Notes: generated from the sequence alone by a model not told the origin. Counted from the first letter of the stretch, positions 46,245 through 56,207 are shown. The stretch: 64,000 nucleotides of DNA from a bacterium HR35 (GCA_002898235.1 BEIL01000002.1:51264-115263), one strand, 5' to 3'. Made by a program: numbers and translations.

Positions 46245-46644
46245 AAAATTAAAATATCGAAAAGCTTTTAAAGGAAGGTCTTTAAATAGAAAGATAACTA
46301 CCAAAGGCCATCTTTTAGCTTATGGAGAAATGGGGCTTAAGGCTTTAGAAACTAAAATGGTTGATTCTCGAGAAATCGAAGCAGTAATTAATGAACTTAA
46401 AAGAAGATTGGGGAAAAGAGGTAGATATTGGTTAAGAATTTTTCCTCATAAACCAAAAACTAAAAAACCTCCGGAAGTAAGAATGGGTGGTGGCAAAGGA
46501 GATGTTGAAACCTATGTTGCTCTTGTAAGGCCAGGAACAATTATGTTTGAAGTAAGCGGTCTGCCCAAAGAAACCCTTAAGGAAATTCTTAGAGGAGTTC
46601 AGCATAAACTTTCGGTCAAAACAAAAATTGTTAGTGAAGAATGA
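46231..46644 (+). CDS. rplP: 50S ribosomal protein L16
   Basis: MLQPRKLKYRKAFKGR. Confidence 0.9.
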   Translation: MLQPRKLKYRKAFKGRSLNRKITTKGHLLAYGEMGLKALETKMVDSREIEAVINELKRRLGKRGRYWLRIFPHKPKTKKPPEVRMGGGKGDVETYVALVRPGTIMFEVSGLPKETLKEILRGVQHKLSVKTKIVSEE

Positions 46645-46835
46645 AAGCCAAAGAATTAAGAAATAAATCATTGGAAGAACTTAAAAGATTAGAAGGAGAA
46701 TTAAGAAAAAAAATCCAAGAATTAAAAATGCTTAAAGCTTTAAAAAAACTTGATAAACCCCATCTTTTAAAATTAACTCGAAAAGATTTAGCTCGGGTCT
46801 TAACTGTTATTAAAGAAAAATTAATTCAAAAATGA
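46641..46835 (+). CDS. rpmC: 50S ribosomal protein L29
   Basis: ELRNKSLEELKRLEGELRKKI. Confidence 0.85.
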   Translation: MKAKELRNKSLEELKRLEGELRKKIQELKMLKALKKLDKPHLLKLTRKDLARVLTVIKEKLIQK

Positions 46836-47077
46836 GAAAACAAGTTATTGGAAAAGTAATTTCAGATAAGATGCAAAAAACAAGAGTAGTTGTAAGTGAA
46901 ACTTTAAGAAAGCATCCTTTATATAAGAAATATTATCGTCATCGAACTAAATATTATGTTCATGATGAAAGAGAAGAATCAAAAATTGGTGATCTTGTTT
47001 TAATCGAAGAAACTCGACCTTTATCTAAGCTTAAAAGGTGGCGTTTAGTAAAAATTATTAAAAGAAGCGAAAAATGA
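46832..47077 (+). CDS. rpsQ: 30S ribosomal protein S17
   Basis: QVIGKVISDKMQKTRVV. Confidence 0.85.
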   Translation: MRKQVIGKVISDKMQKTRVVVSETLRKHPLYKKYYRHRTKYYVHDEREESKIGDLVLIEETRPLSKLKRWRLVKIIKRSEK

Positions 47078-47442
47078 TTCAAAGAAGAACAATTTTAAAA
47101 TGCGCCGATAACTCAGGAGCAATTAAGCTTCAATGTATAGGAATTGTTGGTAAAGGAAATGCTAAATATGCCCAGATTGGTGATATTATTACTTGTTCAG
47201 TTAAAGAAGCTGAACCGAGAAGAGAAGTTAAAAAAGGAATGGTGGTTAGATGTTTAGTTGTAAGGCAAAAAAAACCTTTTAGACGAAAAGATGGTACTTA
47301 TATTCGTTTTGAAGAGAATAGTTGTGTTATTTTAAAAGGAGATAAAGATATTTATGGAACCAGAATTTTTGGTCCAATTCCTCGAGAAATTAAAGATTTG
47401 GGATACGATAAAATCGCTAATTTAGCCCCAGAAATTGTTTAA
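47074..47442 (+). CDS. rplN: 50S ribosomal protein L14
   Basis: MIQRRTILKCADNSGA. Confidence 0.95.
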   Translation: MIQRRTILKCADNSGAIKLQCIGIVGKGNAKYAQIGDIITCSVKEAEPRREVKKGMVVRCLVVRQKKPFRRKDGTYIRFEENSCVILKGDKDIYGTRIFGPIPREIKDLGYDKIANLAPEIV

Positions 47443-47755
47443 AATGCAAAAATTTAAAAAAGGTGATACAGTTTTAATTAAAAAAGGAAAAGATAGAGGA
47501 AAAACTGGCAAAATTTTAAAAGTTTTTCCAAAAGAAATGAAAGTTTTAGTTGAGGGTTTAAATTTAGTGAAAAAACACTTAAAACCAAAAAGAGTTGGCG
47601 AGAAAGGTAAAATTATTGAAATACCTGCTCCAATTTCTTGGGCTAATTTAAGACTTATCTGTCCTTCTTGCCAAAAACCAACAAGAGTAGGTTTTCGTTT
47701 TGAAAATGAAAAAAAGGTCAGATATTGTAAAAAATGTAATAAGAGAATAGATTAA
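47435..47755 (+). CDS. rplX: 50S ribosomal protein L24 with C-terminal C4 zinc-ribbon extension
   Basis: KOW GDTVLIKKGKDRGKTGKI; CPSCQ...CKKC tail. Confidence 0.85.
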   Translation: MFKMQKFKKGDTVLIKKGKDRGKTGKILKVFPKEMKVLVEGLNLVKKHLKPKRVGEKGKIIEIPAPISWANLRLICPSCQKPTRVGFRFENEKKVRYCKKCNKRID

Positions 47756-47757
47756 TC

Positions 47758-48315
47758 ATGAGCCTAAGAGAAAAATTTTACCAAGAAATTTTACCTCAGC
47801 TTAAGAAAGAATTAAACTTAAAGAATGATTTAAGAGTGCCTCGCCCAATTAAAGCAATTGTTCAAATTGGAATTGGAAAAATGATAGCTAATCATCCTGA
47901 GGCTAAAGACAAAATTATTGAAGATGCTTCTTACGTTCTTTCAATGATGACTGGGCAAAAACCAAAAATAGTTACTGCTAAAAAATCAGTTGCAGGTTTT
48001 AAGCTTAGAAAGGGAATGCCAGTTGCTGTTTTGGTAACTTTAAGAAGAAAAAGGCTCTTAGATTTTATCGAAAGACTTTTAGTTTACGCTTTGCCTCGAG
48101 CAAAAGATTTTAAGGGTTTGACAAATGATAATTTTGATAGCAAAGGAAATATTAATTTAGGCTTAAGAGAAACCAATATCTTTCCAGAGACAATTTCTGA
48201 TAAAATTAAATATAGCTTTGGTTTTAGTGTTAATTTGGTCGGTTCAGGAAAAACAAAAGAAGAAAATCTTAAACTTTGGGAAAAATTAGGTTTTCCCTTA
48301 AAGATTAAAAAATAA
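47758..48315 (+). CDS. rplE: 50S ribosomal protein L5
   Basis: Typical L5 order and sequence. Confidence 0.9.
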   Translation: MSLREKFYQEILPQLKKELNLKNDLRVPRPIKAIVQIGIGKMIANHPEAKDKIIEDASYVLSMMTGQKPKIVTAKKSVAGFKLRKGMPVAVLVTLRRKRLLDFIERLLVYALPRAKDFKGLTNDNFDSKGNINLGLRETNIFPETISDKIKYSFGFSVNLVGSGKTKEENLKLWEKLGFPLKIKK

Positions 48316-48500
48316 TGCCTAGCAAAGCCCAAATTGAGAGGTGGAAAAAAGAACCAAAATTTAAAACTAGAAAAAGAAATTTTTGCTTTCGCTGTGGTCG
48401 AACTCGAGGTTACTTTCGAGATTTTAATTTGTGTCGAATTTGTTTAAGAGAAATGGCTCACCGGGGAGAAATTCCCGGTTTGAAAAAAGCCAGCTGGTAA
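48315..48500 (+). CDS. rpsN: 30S ribosomal protein S14 type Z (zinc-binding)
   Basis: [10 protein letters not shown]...CRIC, 61 aa. Confidence 0.9.
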   Translation: MPSKAQIERWKKEPKFKTRKRNFCFRCGRTRGYFRDFNLCRICLREMAHRGEIPGLKKASW

Positions 48501-48502
48501 TC

Positions 48503-48901
48503 ATGACAATGACTGATCCAATTGCTGACTTTTTGACAAGAATTAGAAATGGTTTAAGAGTTAAAAAGAAAAAGACATCTGCTCCTTATTCAAAATTAAA
48601 ATTAGCTATTTGCAAAATTTTAAAGGAGAAAGAATTAATTAACGATTTTAAAATTCAAGAAAATGAAGGTAAAAAAACTTTAATTGTTTTTTTGAAATAT
48701 GATGAAAACGGGGAACCTTTAATTGAAGATATCAAAAGAATTTCTAAACCAGGCAGAAGAGTATATTTAGGCTATCGAGAACTTAAACCTGTAAGGGGTG
48801 GTTTTGGCTTTAGGATTATTTCAACTTCTCGAGGAATAATGACCGATGTTGAGGCTCGAAAAAGAAAACTTGGCGGCGAAGTAATTTGCGAAATTATATA
48901 A
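48503..48901 (+). CDS. rpsH: 30S ribosomal protein S8 (start trimmed from track ORF 48431)
   Basis: MTMTDPIADFLTRIRNG; in-frame ATG at 48503 right after the rpsN stop. Confidence 0.85.
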   Translation: MTMTDPIADFLTRIRNGLRVKKKKTSAPYSKLKLAICKILKEKELINDFKIQENEGKKTLIVFLKYDENGEPLIEDIKRISKPGRRVYLGYRELKPVRGGFGFRIISTSRGIMTDVEARKRKLGGEVICEII

Positions 48902-48904
48902 TTA

Positions 48905-49465
48905 ATGTCCAAAATAGGCAAAAAACCAATAATTATTCCAGAAAAAGTTGAGATTGTAAGAAGAAATAGTGAAATTTTAATTAAAGGTCCTTTGGGTGAG
49001 CTAAATTTTTCTTATCCTGAAGATATTTTTAAAATTGAAATAACCAATAAAGAAATTAAAATTTTTCCTAAAAATCTTGAAGAATTAGATAGAAAAACAA
49101 AGGCTTTATGGGGAACTTTAAGAGCTTTGCTCCAAAATAAAATAACTGGAGTTACAACTGGTTTTTCTAAAACTTTAATACTTCAAGGTTTAGGATACAA
49201 TGCTGAAGTTAAAGGTAGAGAGATAATTTTTAAGCTTGGTTATTCTCATCCAGTATCTTTACCAATTCCCGAAGGAATTGAAGTGGAAATAAAACAAGAA
49301 AAAGGAAGGGTTTTAATTATTGTTAAAGGAATTGATAAAGAAAAAGTCGGTAATTTTGCAGCTAAAATTAAAGAACTTAAACCAGCTGATCGTTATCATC
49401 TGAAAGGCTTTATGTACGAAGGCGAATTCATTCCTACTAAACCAGTTAAAAAATTAGGTAAATAA
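48905..49465 (+). CDS. rplF: 50S ribosomal protein L6
   Basis: SKIGKKPIIIP..., two-domain L6. Confidence 0.9.
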   Translation: MSKIGKKPIIIPEKVEIVRRNSEILIKGPLGELNFSYPEDIFKIEITNKEIKIFPKNLEELDRKTKALWGTLRALLQNKITGVTTGFSKTLILQGLGYNAEVKGREIIFKLGYSHPVSLPIPEGIEVEIKQEKGRVLIIVKGIDKEKVGNFAAKIKELKPADRYHLKGFMYEGEFIPTKPVKKLGK

Positions 49466-49469
49466 AAAG

Positions 49470-49826
49470 ATGATTAATAAACTAAGTAAAAAAGAAAAAA
49501 GAATTAGAAGACACAAAAAGATAAGAAAGAAAATCAGAGGAACAGTTGAAAGACCACGTTTGAGTTTCTTTAAATCCAATCAACATGTTTATGCTCAAGT
49601 AATTAATGATGATGAAGGAAGAACTTTAGTTTCGGCTTCAAGTTTAGAATTGAAGAAAGAAAAATTAACCAATAAAGAAAAAGTTATAAAAACTGCTGAA
49701 ATTTTAGCTCAAAGGTTAAAGGAAAAAGGAATTACCCAGATAGTTTTTGACAGAGGTGGTTTTTCTTATAAAGGTCGAACAAAGCTTTTTGCTGAGAAAT
49801 TAAGAGAATTAGGGATTAAATTTTAA
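49470..49826 (+). CDS. rplR: 50S ribosomal protein L18
   Basis: Basic N-terminus, RPRLSFFKSNQHVYAQV. Confidence 0.9.
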   Translation: MINKLSKKEKRIRRHKKIRKKIRGTVERPRLSFFKSNQHVYAQVINDDEGRTLVSASSLELKKEKLTNKEKVIKTAEILAQRLKEKGITQIVFDRGGFSYKGRTKLFAEKLRELGIKF

Positions 49827-49828
49827 AA

Positions 49829-50341
49829 ATGACTATTAAAGACGATTTTGAACATTTTGTCGTTGATTTAGCTCGGGTAGCTAAAGTAACTGAGGGAGGT
49901 AAAACTTTAAGAATTAGAGCAGCGGTGGTTATTGGCGATCGTCAAGGAAATGTTGGTTTTGGTATAGGTAAAGGTTATGATACAGCCGAAGCTGTTAGAA
50001 AAGCTATTAATGAAGCTAAGAAAAATTTAATTAAAGTACCAATTGTTAATGGAACAGTTCCTTTTGAAATTAAAGCTAAATTTAAAAGTGCAGCTGTTTT
50101 GATAAAACCAGCAAGACCAGGTAAAGGTTTAATTGCTGGCAGTGTTATTAGGTCAATTCTTTATTTAGCTGGCTATACTGATGTAAGCGCAAAAATCATT
50201 GGGGTAACTAAAAATTCCTTAGTTAATGCTTTAGCTGGAATTAGAGCTTTAGAGAAATTAGCTAAAACTTATGAAAATAAATTAAAATTAAAAGAGCAAT
50301 TAGCCGTTAAAAAGAAAAATGATTCAAATACATCAAATTGA
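49829..50341 (+). CDS. rpsE: 30S ribosomal protein S5
   Basis: RVAKVTEGGKTLRIRAAVVIGD...GIGKG. Confidence 0.9.
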   Translation: MTIKDDFEHFVVDLARVAKVTEGGKTLRIRAAVVIGDRQGNVGFGIGKGYDTAEAVRKAINEAKKNLIKVPIVNGTVPFEIKAKFKSAAVLIKPARPGKGLIAGSVIRSILYLAGYTDVSAKIIGVTKNSLVNALAGIRALEKLAKTYENKLKLKEQLAVKKKNDSNTSN

Positions 50342-50747
50342 TTTTAAATTAAAAAAGAAAAAAAGAATTGGTCGGGGAGGAAAAAGAGGTAATTATTCGG
50401 GTAGAGGAATAAAAGGACAAAAAGCAAGAGCTGGAGCTAGAATTCGTCCAGCTTTAAGGGATGTTATTTTAAAGTTTCCTAAATTAAGAGGAAGTGGCAA
50501 TAAAAAAATTGAAAAAAAATTAATAACTATCAATATTGAAGCAATAGATAAAAATTTTCAAGCTGGAGAATCGGTTAATCAGGAAACACTTCGAAGAGTT
50601 ATTAAAATTCCTAAAAGTTGGAAAAGCTTTCGAGTTAAAATTTTAGGTAAAGGTAAATTAACCAAATCTTTAATCTTTTCAAAGGATTTTCTTTTTTCAG
50701 CCAAAGCTTTAGAAGAAATTAAAAAAAGCGGCAGTGAAATTAAATGA
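50319..50747 (+). CDS. rplO: 50S ribosomal protein L15 (directly after rpsE; no rpmD/L30)
   Basis: GRGGKRGNYSGRGIKGQKARAG. Confidence 0.9.
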   Translation: MIQIHQIDFKLKKKKRIGRGGKRGNYSGRGIKGQKARAGARIRPALRDVILKFPKLRGSGNKKIEKKLITINIEAIDKNFQAGESVNQETLRRVIKIPKSWKSFRVKILGKGKLTKSLIFSKDFLFSAKALEEIKKSGSEIK

Positions 50748-52018
50748 ATTTTTTAAAAGTTTTAACTAATATTTTCAAAATAAAAGATTTGCGAAAAAGA
50801 TTTTTGATAGTTATTTTTTTTCTTTTAATTTATCGTTTTTTCGTTCATATTCCTTTACCTAATGTTGATTTAGAGAGATTCAGAGAACTTTTTTCTGCTA
50901 ATCAATTTTTCGGTCTAGTTAATATTTTTTCTGGTGGAGCTCTAGCCCAAGCTTCAATTTTTTCTTTAGGAGTTGGTCCTTATATTACTGCTTCGATTAT
51001 TATTCAATTATTAACTTTAATTAATCCTCAACTTAAGAGACTTTATTATGAAGAAGGAGAAACTGGGAGAGCAAAAGTTAATCAATATGCTCGCTATCTT
51101 ACTTTTCCAATCGCTCTTATTCAAGGAATTGGATTTCTTAATCTTCTTAATTTGAATAATATTGTTTTTTTTGAATCTTATTGGGAAATTATTAGAGATG
51201 CTCTTTTAATGGGAGTAGGTTCTCTGATAATGATGTGGCTAGGAGAATTGATTACCGAACAAAAAATTGGTAATGGAATTTCTTTACTTGTTTTTTCAGG
51301 AATTGTTGCCTCCTTGCCTCAAGCTTTATTAGCCCTCTACCTTACTTTTACTTTAGATAAACTATTAATCTACTTACCATTTTTGATTGTCTCTTTAGCA
51401 ACAATTGCTTTGGTAGTTTTTGTTAATGAAGCTGAAAAAAGGATACCCCTTGTTTCTGCTAAAAGAGTTATGGGTAGAAGGCTTTACGGTGGAGTTAATA
51501 CTTATCTACCTTTAAAAATTACTCAAGCAGGTGTTATTCCTATTATCTTTGCCATTGCTCTTCTTGTTTTTCCTCAAACCTTAGCTCAATTTCTTTCAAT
51601 TTTTAGAATAGAATTTTTAAATTTGGTAGCTCAAGAAATTAATAGTTTTCTATCGAATAAAATAATTTTTGCTTCTCTTTATTTTGGTCTAGTTTTTGGT
51701 TTTACTTATCTTTATACTAAAGCTACTTTTAATTCTGAAGAAATAGCTAAAAACTTTCAAAAAAGCGGGGTTTTTATTCCGGGTATCAGACCTGGTTTAG
51801 AAACTCAAAAGTATTTAGAAAATAGTCTTAATAAAATTAATTTTTTTGGAGGGATATTTTTAGGCTTTTTAGCTCTTCTTCCTTATTTAACAAGTTATTT
51901 AACCCAAACTAATTTTTTGGCTATTGGCGGAACTTCACTTTTAATTTTGATCTCTGTAGCTATTGAAACAATTAACCAAATTAAAGCTGAAATTTCTCTT
52001 CATCGTTATGAAGTTTAA
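50744..52018 (+). CDS. secY: preprotein translocase subunit SecY
   Basis: 10-TM profile, 424 aa, in the conserved position after rplO. Confidence 0.9.
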   Translation: MNFLKVLTNIFKIKDLRKRFLIVIFFLLIYRFFVHIPLPNVDLERFRELFSANQFFGLVNIFSGGALAQASIFSLGVGPYITASIIIQLLTLINPQLKRLYYEEGETGRAKVNQYARYLTFPIALIQGIGFLNLLNLNNIVFFESYWEIIRDALLMGVGSLIMMWLGELITEQKIGNGISLLVFSGIVASLPQALLALYLTFTLDKLLIYLPFLIVSLATIALVVFVNEAEKRIPLVSAKRVMGRRLYGGVNTYLPLKITQAGVIPIIFAIALLVFPQTLAQFLSIFRIEFLNLVAQEINSFLSNKIIFASLYFGLVFGFTYLYTKATFNSEEIAKNFQKSGVFIPGIRPGLETQKYLENSLNKINFFGGIFLGFLALLPYLTSYLTQTNFLAIGGTSLLILISVAIETINQIKAEISLHRYEV

Positions 52019-52625
52019 TAAGGGATTAATTATTTTTTTAACTGGAGGACCAGCTTCTGGTAAAGATACTCAAGCAGCTCTTTTGGCTAAAAAACTAAAA
52101 GCTAAAAAACTAAATGTTTCTGAAATTTTGGATAGTTTTTTTCAACAAACTAAAAAAAGATATTTACGAATAGGTAAAAAATTGATTAATCTTCAAAGAG
52201 AAAGGGAAAAAAGATTTAGTGGTAATTTGGTTTCTTTTGATTTAGTTGCTTATTTAATGAAAGAAGAAATTTTTAAAAATTTTTCTCTTAACCGACCATT
52301 AATAGTTTTAGGCGGTCCTCGGAGTTTAAAAGAGGCTAAAACCTATCTTAATTTAGTTAAAAAATTAAAATGTTCATTTCTTTTTATTTATTTAGAAGTA
52401 AGTGAAGAAGAAATGATAAGAAGATCGCTTAAAAGACAAAGAAGCGATGCTCTTGACGAGCCAGCTAAAATTAAAAAAAGAATAGAACTCTTTAAAAAAT
52501 ATACCCTACCAGCTTTAAATTTTTTGAAAAAAAGAAAACTTTTAACTCAAATTAATGGCGAGGGGGAAGTAAAAGAAATTCATCAAGAGATTTGGCAAAA
52601 AATAAAAAATTTTTCAAATTTCTAA
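52008..52625 (+). CDS. adk: adenylate kinase (start trimmed from track ORF 51963)
   Basis: P-loop GGPASGKDTQA; short-LID form; follows secY. Confidence 0.7.
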   Translation: MKFNKGLIIFLTGGPASGKDTQAALLAKKLKAKKLNVSEILDSFFQQTKKRYLRIGKKLINLQREREKRFSGNLVSFDLVAYLMKEEIFKNFSLNRPLIVLGGPRSLKEAKTYLNLVKKLKCSFLFIYLEVSEEEMIRRSLKRQRSDALDEPAKIKKRIELFKKYTLPALNFLKKRKLLTQINGEGEVKEIHQEIWQKIKNFSNF

Positions 52626-54350
52626 TGGGTTAATTTTTATTTTTTCAAATTGATAAATCTTTAAAACTTCTTGAAGTTTGAAATCCTCTTTTTGAGTTCG
52701 AATAATAATTTCTAAAAAATATCTTTTTTTAAATCTAAAAGGTTTAGCTAAAATAGGTCCGATAACTTCAGCTTCTTTCAAAATATTTTTAAGTTCTTGA
52801 CTAATTTTCAGCATTTGTTTTTGAAGTTTATCAAAATCGCTACTTCCGTTAATTAGCTTAATTATTTTATAAAAAGGATTCAATCTTAAAAGTTCTCGTT
52901 CTTTAATTATTTCTTGAAAATAACTGCCTTGATAAATTTTTTTTTCAATTTCTAAATTTCTTAAATTGCTAACCAAAAAAATATTTTTGACTTTTTCCTG
53001 AAAGAAAGCTAGGATTCTTAAATACTTTTCTCTTAAAAAAGGATCAGAAGTCAAATAAAAGTTTTCAAAATTAAAGAAAATTAAAACTTCGGCTTCTGGT
53101 AAATGACCAGAAATAAGATTTAAACTGCCTAGAAGAAAAAATTTACTTTTGTTTTTTAAGACCTTTAAAATTTTTTTTCTCTTTTTTAGCACTAAATAAG
53201 TTTCTTCAGGATAATTTTTTTTAAGGAATTTATAAAAAGAAATTAAACCTAATCTTTTAAAACCCAATTCGAGCTTTTGCTGACAAAAAGGACAAAGGTT
53301 TTTATCAAATTTTATCTCTCGAGAACAAAGAAGACAAAAAATTTTATCTTCTTTAAAAACTAAATTGCTTTGACATCGAGGACACTTTAGAGAATTGAAA
53401 CAAAGTTCGCATCTAAGACCATAAACTATTTTTTGGGGGAAAAAGAAAATTATTTTTTGATAAGTTTTGATTATTTTTAAAATTTCTTCTAAATCATTAA
53501 TTACTTCGATTTTTAACGGCAGTTTAATTTCTAGTTTTAAAAACTTTACTGATTGCAAAGAAGGCAGGCGGTCTATTAAAATGAGAGGTATTCTCTTTAT
53601 TTGGGCTAACTTAAAAATTAAATCACGATAATCAAAATTAACTTTTTTAAAATTATCATAATAGAAAAAACTACCTTCTCGAAAAACAATTAACTGATCA
53701 ATATTTTTCCAAGGCAAAAAAACTAAATGCTTAGGAATTAAAATTGTTTTCTTATCTCTTTTTTCTAATTCCTGGGCTAATTTTTTTATTTTTTCTTTAT
53801 TCCAAGGCGGAGAGAATTTTAAATAAGGCAATTTTAGTTTTTCAAAGAATTGAGAAACTTCTTCGAAAAAACTAATTTCTGGCACAATTAAAAGATTTCT
53901 TTTTTTAACTAAAATCTTTGAATCTAAATCTTCTCTAAAAGAAATTTTAAAATTTCTCTTTATTTTTTTTTCAGAAGCTTGACTATTAATTTCTAAAAAA
54001 GCTTTAGCTGGAAAATAAAAAAAGGAAAATATCGAAGCTAAAGAAAAACCAAAATAACCAGCCAAAAATTGAGCAAATTGAATTTCTTCTTTTCTGATTA
54101 GAGTTTTTTCTTTAATTATTTTTCTTATTTTTTTTAATTTAGGAATCAAGTTAATTATTTCTTGACGAGATTTTTCTAATTCTTTTATCTCGAAAACATA
54201 CCCAGGGATAATTTTTTTCCGAAAATCAATTTCTACCAAAGCTCCCTTTTTTAAGGGAAAATCAGAAAAATAAGTAAAGTAGTCTGGCGAATTGGGAGGT
54301 AAAGGAATTAGTGGTATAATATTAGCAATTAAATATTTTCTTTTAATCAT
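52614..54350 (-). CDS. PriA-like primosomal protein N' homolog with degenerate helicase motifs
   Basis: N-terminal 3'-DNA-binding-like region; LLIVPEISFFEEV resembles motif Ia LVLVPEIALTPQ; LIVFREGSFFYY in place of VVVDEEHDSSYK; four CxxC zinc-binding pairs; PriA-like C-terminus; no GxGKT Walker A. Confidence 0.5.
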   Translation of the reverse strand: MIKRKYLIANIIPLIPLPPNSPDYFTYFSDFPLKKGALVEIDFRKKIIPGYVFEIKELEKSRQEIINLIPKLKKIRKIIKEKTLIRKEEIQFAQFLAGYFGFSLASIFSFFYFPAKAFLEINSQASEKKIKRNFKISFREDLDSKILVKKRNLLIVPEISFFEEVSQFFEKLKLPYLKFSPPWNKEKIKKLAQELEKRDKKTILIPKHLVFLPWKNIDQLIVFREGSFFYYDNFKKVNFDYRDLIFKLAQIKRIPLILIDRLPSLQSVKFLKLEIKLPLKIEVINDLEEILKIIKTYQKIIFFFPQKIVYGLRCELCFNSLKCPRCQSNLVFKEDKIFCLLCSREIKFDKNLCPFCQQKLELGFKRLGLISFYKFLKKNYPEETYLVLKKRKKILKVLKNKSKFFLLGSLNLISGHLPEAEVLIFFNFENFYLTSDPFLREKYLRILAFFQEKVKNIFLVSNLRNLEIEKKIYQGSYFQEIIKERELLRLNPFYKIIKLINGSSDFDKLQKQMLKISQELKNILKEAEVIGPILAKPFRFKKRYFLEIIIRTQKEDFKLQEVLKIYQFEKIKINPLEI

Positions 54351-55359
54351 GATTTTTAAATTAGGAATTGATTTGGGAACAGCTAATTCTAATGTTTATC
54401 TTCCGGAAAGAGGAGTAGTTTTAAGCGAACCAACAGTTGTTGCTTATGATGAAAAGACTAATAGAATAATTGCTGTTGGGAAAGAAGCAAAAGAAATGAT
54501 TGGCAAAACTCCAAGAGAGATTAAAATTTATAGACCTCTGAAGGAAGGTGTTATTGCTGATTATAAGGCTACTTTAGCTATTTTAAGATACTTTCTAAGT
54601 AAAGTCAAAATTACTAGATTTTTTAAACCAATTTTAGTAATTTCAGTTCCAGCCGGAATTAGTTCAACTGAAAGACGAGCTATAATTGATGCCGGTCTAG
54701 AAGCTGGTGCTCGAGAAGTTTATCCAATTAAAGAACCAATTTTAGCTGCTTTAGGAGCAGAAATGCCAATTCAAAGTCCGGCTGGAAATATGATTGTTAA
54801 TATTGGTGGAGGTACAAGTGAAATAGCTGTTATTTCTTTGGGAGGAATAGTTACTTTTGAATCACTAAAGATTGCTGGAGATAAAATGGATGAAGCTATT
54901 AGGGAGTACTTGAGAAGGAAATTTAATTTAGCTGTTGGTGAAAAAACAGCTGAGATGATCAAAATTCAAGTTGGTTCAGCTTTGCCTTTAAGAAACAATA
55001 ATCATAAAAACGGAGAATTAGAAATGGTAGTTAATGGTGTAGATTATTTAACTGGTCTACCCAAAAGTATTAAAATTAATTCTAATCAAGTAGCTGAAGC
55101 TTTGCAAAAAGAATTAAAAGAAATAATTAATGGCATAAAAAGAGTTTTGGCATTAACCCCACCAGAACTCGTAGCGGATGTTATGGAAAGGGGAATTGTT
55201 CTTTCAGGAGGAGGGGCTCTTTTAAGAAAAATTGATGAGCTTATTAGTCTTCAAACTTCAATTAAATCTATTGTAGCTGAAGATCCTTTATTTGCAGTTG
55301 CTCGAGGAACTGGTAAAGTTTTAGAAAAAATTGACCTCTATCAAAAATTAGTTTCATGA
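54349..55359 (+). CDS. MreB/Mbl-family actin-like protein (paralog 1; start trimmed from track ORF 54292)
   Basis: GIDLGTANSNVYL..., phosphate-binding loops, NIGGGTSEIAV. Confidence 0.85.
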   Translation: MIFKLGIDLGTANSNVYLPERGVVLSEPTVVAYDEKTNRIIAVGKEAKEMIGKTPREIKIYRPLKEGVIADYKATLAILRYFLSKVKITRFFKPILVISVPAGISSTERRAIIDAGLEAGAREVYPIKEPILAALGAEMPIQSPAGNMIVNIGGGTSEIAVISLGGIVTFESLKIAGDKMDEAIREYLRRKFNLAVGEKTAEMIKIQVGSALPLRNNNHKNGELEMVVNGVDYLTGLPKSIKINSNQVAEALQKELKEIINGIKRVLALTPPELVADVMERGIVLSGGGALLRKIDELISLQTSIKSIVAEDPLFAVARGTGKVLEKIDLYQKLVS

Positions 55360-56207
55360 TTTATGGCAACGAAGAAGCCCAAAAATTAGTTAAAGATTGG
55401 TTAGAAACGGAAAAAAGAGGAGCTTTGCTTATAGCTGGTCCTGAAGGTGTAGGTAAATTTTCTTTTGTTAAGGAATTTCTTAAAACAAAAATCGATTGGG
55501 AAGTTATTACTTTAAGGTCAGAGAAAAAAATGTTTTACATTGAAACTGCTCGCTTTTTTACTAAAATTACCCAAACTAAAACTAAAAATAAAAGAGTTAT
55601 TTTAATTGATGAAGTTCATAAATTTCGTGAAGAAAGCCAAAATGTTCTTTTAAAAACAATTGAGGAACCCTCCTCGACAACCTTGTTTGTTTTAATTTCT
55701 CATCGAACTCAGAAAATATTACCAACTATCCGTTCAAGATCTTTAGCTGTTAAATTTACTTTTGTTCCTCAGGAGCTAAATTTTAAATTTTTAAAAGAAA
55801 AAAATTTTTCTGAAGCTGAAATCGATTTTGCTCTTCTTTTTTATCCTTATCAACCAGGAAAAGCTTATCATCTTATTAAGGATAAACATAAAATTGATTT
55901 TTTTAAAAGGTTTTTAAATCTATCGACTACAGCTGAAAAAATTGAAATCTTAAAAGAGGCTACTAGTTATTTTAAATTAGATGAAAATTTAAATTTTAGT
56001 GACAAATTTAGTAAAATTTATAAAGAAATAATAGAAATCTTGATTTTAAAAAAAAGAAAAAATTTGATTGAAAAATTAAAAAATAAAAAACAGCTTAATT
56101 ATCACGAAATTGAAGAAATAAAAGAATTAATCGATTTTTATAATGAAACTGAATATGATTATCATTGGTTTTTACAATTAACTAATTTTTTGCTCACCTA
56201 TGGATAA
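55356..56207 (+). CDS. holB: DNA polymerase III delta-prime-like clamp-loader subunit
   Basis: LLIAGPEGVGKFSF (P-loop), ILIDEVHKF, SRC-like TIRSRS. Confidence 0.7.
   Translation: MIYGNEEAQKLVKDWLETEKRGALLIAGPEGVGKFSFVKEFLKTKIDWEVITLRSEKKMFYIETARFFTKITQTKTKNKRVILIDEVHKFREESQNVLLKTIEEPSSTTLFVLISHRTQKILPTIRSRSLAVKFTFVPQELNFKFLKEKNFSEAEIDFALLFYPYQPGKAYHLIKDKHKIDFFKRFLNLSTTAEKIEILKEATSYFKLDENLNFSDKFSKIYKEIIEILILKKRKNLIEKLKNKKQLNYHEIEEIKELIDFYNETEYDYHWFLQLTNFLLTYG

Noticed and set aside
8340-54962. Other short overlapping track ORFs (8340-8570, 18102-18308, 23144-23359, 24023-24295, 26934-27164, 29633-29860, 31043-31243, 38306-38521, 39827-40137, 40564-40758, 42662-42877, 44741-44929, 45145-45453, 46432-46671, 48084-48332, 54771-54962)
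   Set aside because: Each lies inside or antisense to a longer gene with clear homology (PNPase, pilin, LepA, thrS, r-proteins, MreB and so on); no independent support.
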